28,984 nt of DNA from a virus (Duplodnaviria > Caudoviricetes): IMG/VR virus record IMGVR_UViG_3300037419_002193, positions 1-28,984 of that record; one strand, given 5' to 3'. How positions within the stretch are numbered: the stretch's first letter is position 1; every line of letters starts with the position of its first letter. Made by a program: the position numbers and the translations under genes. This document shows positions 24,231-28,984 of this stretch, piece after piece. Below the pieces are notes generated by a model that saw only the letters and a program-made list of their open reading frames with translations, was not told the DNA's origin and made no database searches.

Positions 24231-24238
24231 CGAATAAC
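24231..24238 (+). promoter_or_regulatory. CGAATAAC motif copy 11, 8 nt before ATG 24247
   Basis: Exact 8-mer. Confidence 0.75.
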
Positions 24239-24246
24239 CGGGCACG

Positions 24247-27207
24247 ATGAGCCACCAGAAGGGCCGCAACGCCGGCGTCACCGGCCTGGTCGACATCTCG
24301 GGCACGCCGGCGTTCACGGTGCGGGTCGCGAAGTTCAGCCGCGCGACCGCCACCGGGGCCGTCGTGCGCACCAAGCGGGGCGACACGTTCAAGCGGATCC
24401 GCCAGTCCACCCCCGGCAGCCAGCTCCTCCTCTGGGGCACGGTCAGCCAGGACGGCTTTCCCGAGCCCGAGAGCCTCAAGGGCGCCGCCGGCACGATCGA
24501 GCTGCAGTGCGGCCGCGCGACCAAGCAGACGCTCGCCGTCGTCGTCACCCAGGCCACGGTCTCCTACGCCCTCAAGGGGGAGGACGTGTGGGAGATCGCC
24601 CTGGTCTGCGAGGTGACGGCCAACCCGGCGTACGACGGCTTCGGGGGCACGCAGACGCCGGCCGCCGCCGACCCGGCCCTGGACGCGGCCGAGACCCACG
24701 AGGGCGCGACCAAGCACGTCGACCCCGACGCCATCCAGGACAACGACACCCGCCGGTACGACGTCGAGGGCCTGGCCGACCTGGACGCGGCCGAGGCCAC
24801 GTGGGTCACCAACACGATCGCCGACGCGGTCGCCACCCGCGCCGGGATGAAGGTGCGGGGGGCCGACTTCGCCCGCACCGACCACTGGGGCGGGGTGCTC
24901 ACGATCCAGTTCGCGCGCACGACCACCGGCGAGGACCTGGTCAACGAGGCGAGTTCCAAGACGCTCGACCCGCAGAACCTGGCCAGCCAGGCGACGACGG
25001 CCGCCCTCAACGCCACGCCCCCCACGCCGACCGGGGCCGCGTTCAAGGCCCGGGGCACGTCGACCCGGGAGGTCAACGACGGCGTCACGCTGCAGACCAC
25101 CGCCTGGGGCCTGACGGACACCCGGGACGACGCGCAGAACCCCCGGATCACCACCACCGCCGATCCCGAGTCGATCGACGACGTCGCCGTCCGCGCGCAG
25201 GTCTGGGCCACGTCGGGCGCCGCGCCCGCCCTGCCGGCCGACGCCCCGGCCAACAACGTCAAGCTGCTGGGGGTGACCGACCTGCCGCTCAACGACGGCG
25301 AGCGGCTCCGGGTCTGGGCGTACGGCGCCAAGAGCAGCCGCGACGAGCTCGTGCTCCCGCAGACCGAGACCGTCGACGACGCCAACGGCCTGGCCGGCAG
25401 CGCGATCCGCGCCTACCTCGACGGCGAGGCCGCGCCGGCCGGCCCGGCCGGCCTGGTCTACCGCACGACCCGCACCACCCCCGTCACGGTCGGGCTGGGG
25501 GTCAACCGCACGCTGTACGTGGACGTCTACGGGGTGCGCACGACGGCCCAGGACGTGCTCTTCCCCCGCACCCGCGCCCAGGCCGACGCCGCGGCGATCG
25601 ATCAGGAGACGCTGATCCCGGTGCTGTACGCCGCCGGCGGGAGCCCGGTGGCGCCGGCCACGCCCGCGGGCATGGTGCTGTACGACAGCGTCGACACCCC
25701 CGAGACCGACGGCCGGCAGTGCCGCGTCTACCGCTACCGCTTCGTCGACCGGCAGACCGAGGCCGAGCGGGCGCACACCGAGTCGAGCGTCGACGCCAGG
25801 GCCCTGCGCTCGACGGCCCGGATCGCCGCCCTGTACGACTCGGCCGGCGGCGCCCCGGGCGTCCCGGCGGCGCCGGCCGACACCAAGTACGTCGACTACC
25901 GCGACGTGCCCGTGCCGACCCACCCGACCAAGGTCGTGCGGGTGTGGCGGTTCGGCCCGACCGACAGCGTCGACGACGTCACCCTGCCCGAGTCGTTCAC
26001 GTTCACCGACCCGAAGGGGCTGGCCAGCCGCGGGGCCGCCGCCCTGGTCAACGGCAGCCCCGCCGTCCCGGCCGGGTTCAAGCTCCGCGGGACGCGGGCC
26101 CGGCTGCTCAACACCGTCAACGAGGACGTGCAGAACGTCGCCGAGTTCGGCCTGACCGACACCCAGGACGACATCGAGTTCGGCGGCACGCGGCACACGG
26201 TCGACACCGCCGGCCTGGCCGACGCCGACACGGTCGCGACCGTCACCAACTCCGCGAGCTGGCAGCCCCCGACCAACGCCGGCTCGCTGGTGCTCCGCGA
26301 CTACGAGCGCCGCCAGCACGTGCCCGGCGTGTTCGTGTTCAGCTCGAGCTACGGCCCCTGGACGCGGGACGCCGAGCTGGTCGCGCGGAGCAGCCGCACG
26401 GCCGCCCCGGCCGCCCGCGGGCGGGTCGACGCCGACGCGGTCCTGGCCAGCGGCACCAACCCGGTCAGCGTCGCCCTGGGCGGGTCGAACGTCGCCAGCG
26501 TCGACCCCACCGGGAGCATCGAGAACGCCGCCGAGGCCGTCCGCGCCGCCCTGCTGGGGGACCCGACCTTCGAGGGCGTCGACGTCGAGCGGGTGCACCC
26601 CTCCAAGCTGCTGCTGACCCTCCACCGCCGGGGCACGCGGTGGTGGATGGACCTGGAGAGCCGCACGTTCTCCGGGCTGCAGACGCCGTGGCGGCTGGTC
26701 TCCGGCGGGGCGGTGCAGGTGTACGTGGTCGACGTCGTCCGGGTGACGTCGAGCCTGTGGGCGTTCGTCTGCGGCACCCAGCCGGTCGCCTGCACGTTCA
26801 TCGACTTCGTGATCTGGAAGACGTACGCCGGGGACACGCTCTACACCAACGCCAACGCGGCGGGGCTGACCAACGCCGACACGTTCCTCGGGTTCGGCCA
26901 GCTCACCGTGACGTACGCCGGGGTGACCGGCCCGGTGGCGATCAAGGACACGTTCCGCTACCCGTCGGCCACCAACCCCGCGGCCGTCGCGTTCGAGGGC
27001 GCCCGCACCCAGGGGTGGCGGTTCCGCTTCGACAGCCGCGGCATCGTCGCCGGGGACGGGGCCGTGCCGGGGTACTGGACGTACACGACGACCGACCTGT
27101 CCTCCGTCACGCCCGGCACGTGGGTCAACGCCAGCCTGCTCGGGATCGGCGCCGCCGCGGCGGCGTCCCTCAACTTCACCGACGCGTTCCTCAACACCAC
27201 CCCATGA
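24247..27207 (+). CDS. large virion protein: tail-tube-like N-domain + 8-9 degenerate ~65-80-aa repeats
   Basis: 986 aa, Thr/Asp/Val-rich; recurring T-x-D-P/A-x-G/A-L/I...P...K/V-L/Y-R...(W/Y/F)G-x-T-D-x-x-D-D units. Confidence 0.8.
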   Translation: MSHQKGRNAGVTGLVDISGTPAFTVRVAKFSRATATGAVVRTKRGDTFKRIRQSTPGSQLLLWGTVSQDGFPEPESLKGAAGTIELQCGRATKQTLAVVVTQATVSYALKGEDVWEIALVCEVTANPAYDGFGGTQTPAAADPALDAAETHEGATKHVDPDAIQDNDTRRYDVEGLADLDAAEATWVTNTIADAVATRAGMKVRGADFARTDHWGGVLTIQFARTTTGEDLVNEASSKTLDPQNLASQATTAALNATPPTPTGAAFKARGTSTREVNDGVTLQTTAWGLTDTRDDAQNPRITTTADPESIDDVAVRAQVWATSGAAPALPADAPANNVKLLGVTDLPLNDGERLRVWAYGAKSSRDELVLPQTETVDDANGLAGSAIRAYLDGEAAPAGPAGLVYRTTRTTPVTVGLGVNRTLYVDVYGVRTTAQDVLFPRTRAQADAAAIDQETLIPVLYAAGGSPVAPATPAGMVLYDSVDTPETDGRQCRVYRYRFVDRQTEAERAHTESSVDARALRSTARIAALYDSAGGAPGVPAAPADTKYVDYRDVPVPTHPTKVVRVWRFGPTDSVDDVTLPESFTFTDPKGLASRGAAALVNGSPAVPAGFKLRGTRARLLNTVNEDVQNVAEFGLTDTQDDIEFGGTRHTVDTAGLADADTVATVTNSASWQPPTNAGSLVLRDYERRQHVPGVFVFSSSYGPWTRDAELVARSSRTAAPAARGRVDADAVLASGTNPVSVALGGSNVASVDPTGSIENAAEAVRAALLGDPTFEGVDVERVHPSKLLLTLHRRGTRWWMDLESRTFSGLQTPWRLVSGGAVQVYVVDVVRVTSSLWAFVCGTQPVACTFIDFVIWKTYAGDTLYTNANAAGLTNADTFLGFGQLTVTYAGVTGPVAIKDTFRYPSATNPAAVAFEGARTQGWRFRFDSRGIVAGDGAVPGYWTYTTTDLSSVTPGTWVNASLLGIGAAAAASLNFTDAFLNTTP

Positions 27208-27938
27208 CGCCCACCCGCCACGCCGCCGACGCCGCCGCCGACGACCTGCACGAGCTGCGGGTACAGGTGCAGAGCCTGGCCCAGGAGGTGGCCGAGCTCC
27301 GCGCCCGCCTGGCCTCGGCCGACGCCCCCCGGGGCGGGTTCGCCCGGGTGCTGCTGGTCAAGCAGGACGGCACCAACCTGGCGAGCTGGCGGCAGCAGTG
27401 GGCCGGGAGCAACAACGCCGACCTGACGCCGTTCGTCTCCGGGCTGGCCGGCACGGTCGCCCCGGTCGACCCCCGCACCGCCGTCGGGGGCGGGGCGGGC
27501 GTGTTCCCCGTGCTCCAGCTCCGCAACGGCAGCAACACGGCGTTCGTCCACCTCGGGGGCGACCACTTCATCCGCGTGCGGATCACGGCCGCGACCCAGG
27601 ACGGCGGCAACAAGCGGTGGAAGTACTCCGGCGAGCAGGTCGTGAAGTCGGCCCAGGGGTACGGCGGGTTCGCCACCGTCAGCGGGGGCCTGACGTTCCC
27701 GACCCCGGGGCAGGTCGACTACCTCTACAACCACGCCGAGGACATGAACGGCGCCAGCGGCACGTACGGCAACGGCGTGCACTCGACCAACCTCGCCAGC
27801 ACGGGCCTGGACGTCGTGCCGTTCCCGACCAACCGCGTGGTCTGGGCCCGGGTCGACCGCCCCGGGGGCGAGGGCACGCTCCCCGAGGGGTGGTTCGACG
27901 GCGACAACGGCATCGACGGCCCCTGCACCCCGCCATGA
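27204..27938 (+). CDS. probable tail/virion protein with N-terminal coiled coil
   Basis: ATGA overlap; LHELRVQVQSLAQEVAELRARL then beta-rich domain; start reassigned from 24219. Confidence 0.75.
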   Translation: MTPTRHAADAAADDLHELRVQVQSLAQEVAELRARLASADAPRGGFARVLLVKQDGTNLASWRQQWAGSNNADLTPFVSGLAGTVAPVDPRTAVGGGAGVFPVLQLRNGSNTAFVHLGGDHFIRVRITAATQDGGNKRWKYSGEQVVKSAQGYGGFATVSGGLTFPTPGQVDYLYNHAEDMNGASGTYGNGVHSTNLASTGLDVVPFPTNRVVWARVDRPGGEGTLPEGWFDGDNGIDGPCTPP

Positions 27939-28420
27939 GTGGAATCAACCGCCGAAAATGCTGCTGCGGATCCTGCCTGTGGGCCGCCGGGATCAACCTC
28001 GTCTGGTCGGGCACGGGCAGCGCCGAGCCGTACGGGCAGGTCGACTCGGGCGCCGTCTGCTACTACGGCTCGCCGACGAACAGCCTGGGCCAGCACGTCG
28101 GTGACAACCTGGTCGAGAACATCCGCTTCGCCCCGGTCGGCGGCGGGACGAACACGCAAATCAACGGGTCCGGGTTCACCACCGGGCACACCGTCCGCTT
28201 CTGGGTCAACACACCCTCCGGGCCGGTACCCACGATCGTCCAAGCAAGGATGACGGTCGCCAACACCGGGGGCACGCCCATCTGCGTCAACGGCACGACG
28301 GTCCCGCCCGGGTCGTCGTGGGAGGTCGACCCGGTCGAGTTCGTGGCCGCCGGCGGCGACCAGAGCGGGTACGGCGGGGGGACGGTCGCGGTCGTCGCCT
28401 GCGGGGAGTGTGGCGCGTGA
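27935..28420 (+). CDS. Cys-flanked beta-rich hypothetical protein
   Basis: ATGA overlap; begins MSGINRRKCCCGSC, ends CGECGA. Confidence 0.7.
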   Translation: MSGINRRKCCCGSCLWAAGINLVWSGTGSAEPYGQVDSGAVCYYGSPTNSLGQHVGDNLVENIRFAPVGGGTNTQINGSGFTTGHTVRFWVNTPSGPVPTIVQARMTVANTGGTPICVNGTTVPPGSSWEVDPVEFVAAGGDQSGYGGGTVAVVACGECGA

Positions 28421-28737
28421 GCGACGGGAAGCGCCACTACCCCAAGGGCACCGTCGTCAGTCGCATCGCCGGGCCGGGGACGGAGCTCAAGAAGCTGCTG
28501 GCGACGCTGGGCCTGACCGCCACGGGCGGGTGCCGGTGCGACCAGCACGCGGCCCAGATGGACGCCTGGGGGCCGGACGGGTGCCGGGCGCGGCTGGGCG
28601 AGATCGTCGGCTGGCTCCGCGCCGAGGCCGCGCGGCTGGGCGTGTGCGGCCCGGGGTTCGACGACGTCGCGGCCGTGGCCGTGCAAATGGCGATCGACCG
28701 GGCCCGGGCGGCCGCGGCGGCCGCGGGCGACGAATAA
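28417..28737 (+). CDS. conserved phage hypothetical protein (GPGTELKKLL...CxC...MDxWG...C)
   Basis: GTGA overlap, GGGGAG SD; ends on the TAA of motif copy 12. Confidence 0.75.
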   Translation: MSDGKRHYPKGTVVSRIAGPGTELKKLLATLGLTATGGCRCDQHAAQMDAWGPDGCRARLGEIVGWLRAEAARLGVCGPGFDDVAAVAVQMAIDRARAAAAAAGDE

Positions 28738-28738
28738 C
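28731..28738 (+). promoter_or_regulatory. CGAATAAC motif copy 12, 5 nt before ATG 28744
   Basis: Exact 8-mer. Confidence 0.7.
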
Positions 28739-28743
28739 CGGGC

Positions 28744-28984
28744 ATGCGAATGCTCCTCCCCCTGATCTCCGCCCCCGGCGCGACCCCCCGCGGCGGGGGA
28801 ATGACCCGCCGCCGCCCGAACTATGCCTCGCCGCTGCCGGCCGCTGGCCCCGCCGACGACGGGCCGGACCCGCGGGAGGCCGGCGACGCCGAGGCCGGCG
28901 AGCTGCTCGCCCCCCGCGCCGGGTCGGCCGGCAACGGCGTCCCGCCCGCCCCGCCCGCCCCGGGCCTCTCGGCCCCGCGGATGG
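28744..28984 (+). CDS. 5' part of a gene running off the window
   Basis: MRMLLPLISAPGATPRGGG... open to the window end. Confidence 0.55.
   Translation, partial: MRMLLPLISAPGATPRGGGMTRRRPNYASPLPAAGPADDGPDPREAGDAEAGELLAPRAGSAGNGVPPAPPAPGLSAPRM

Larger units (their letters stand above)
1..28984 (+). mobile_element. Tailed dsDNA phage/prophage segment (early/middle genes, regulator, packaging, head and tail/virion modules); no ends or att sites visible
   Basis: Gene order TerS-TerL-portal-scaffold-capsid-adaptor, RusA-like gene, co-directional overlapping ORFs; no host housekeeping gene or integrase in the window. Confidence 0.95.

Noticed and set aside
1776-26625. Very long minus-strand ORFs (1776-4145, 8293-10239, 12207-14756, 15105-17525, 20088-21770, 23905-26625)
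   Set aside because: Antisense shadows of high-GC + strand genes; no recognisable motifs or start signals
24219-27203. 1239-aa + strand ORF 24219-27938
   Set aside because: The upstream part is Arg/Gly/Pro-rich off-frame translation of the 986-aa gene; only the part from ATG 27204 looks real
1-28984. tRNA, rRNA, integrase/att sites, DGR or recoded genetic code
   Set aside because: No cloverleaf or rRNA-like stretch, recombinase or reverse transcriptase recognised; genes read through normally with the standard code

Overview
A very GC-rich, densely coding segment of a tailed dsDNA phage or prophage, almost entirely on the + strand. A Planctomycetota host is my inference from protein-family resemblance. 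Positions 1-7.0 kb are a translationally coupled run of early/middle genes: a Rieske-domain protein, a RusA-like resolvase, a 787-aa protein with a duplicated domain, a J-domain protein and Zn-binding minigenes. A regulatory ORF follows at 7000-8013, then the late module: TerS, TerL, six small genes, a P22-like portal, scaffold, major capsid protein, lipoprotein/holin-like genes, a GTA spike-base homolog, a membrane-anchored glycoside-hydrolase-like protein, a LamG protein, a fibre-like protein, an adaptor, a 986-aa repeat protein and Cys-rich proteins. The strongest signal is a candidate late-transcription system. The 8-mer CGAATAAC occurs 12 times, only on the + strand, only from 7682 onward and always upstream of a gene start; in 8 cases it lies 5-9 nt before the start codon, implying leaderless mRNA, and no -35 element is conserved. 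The ORF at the head of this region is a chimera of sigma-70 region 2, an IS-transposase-like N-terminal helical domain in place of region 4, and an in-frame AlpA-type HTH. A second motif, CGGTAGRRT, precedes that ORF, a probable gene nested in the +1 frame of the portal gene, and the only convincing minus-strand gene. All family assignments are by-eye motif recognition; no database searches were run.
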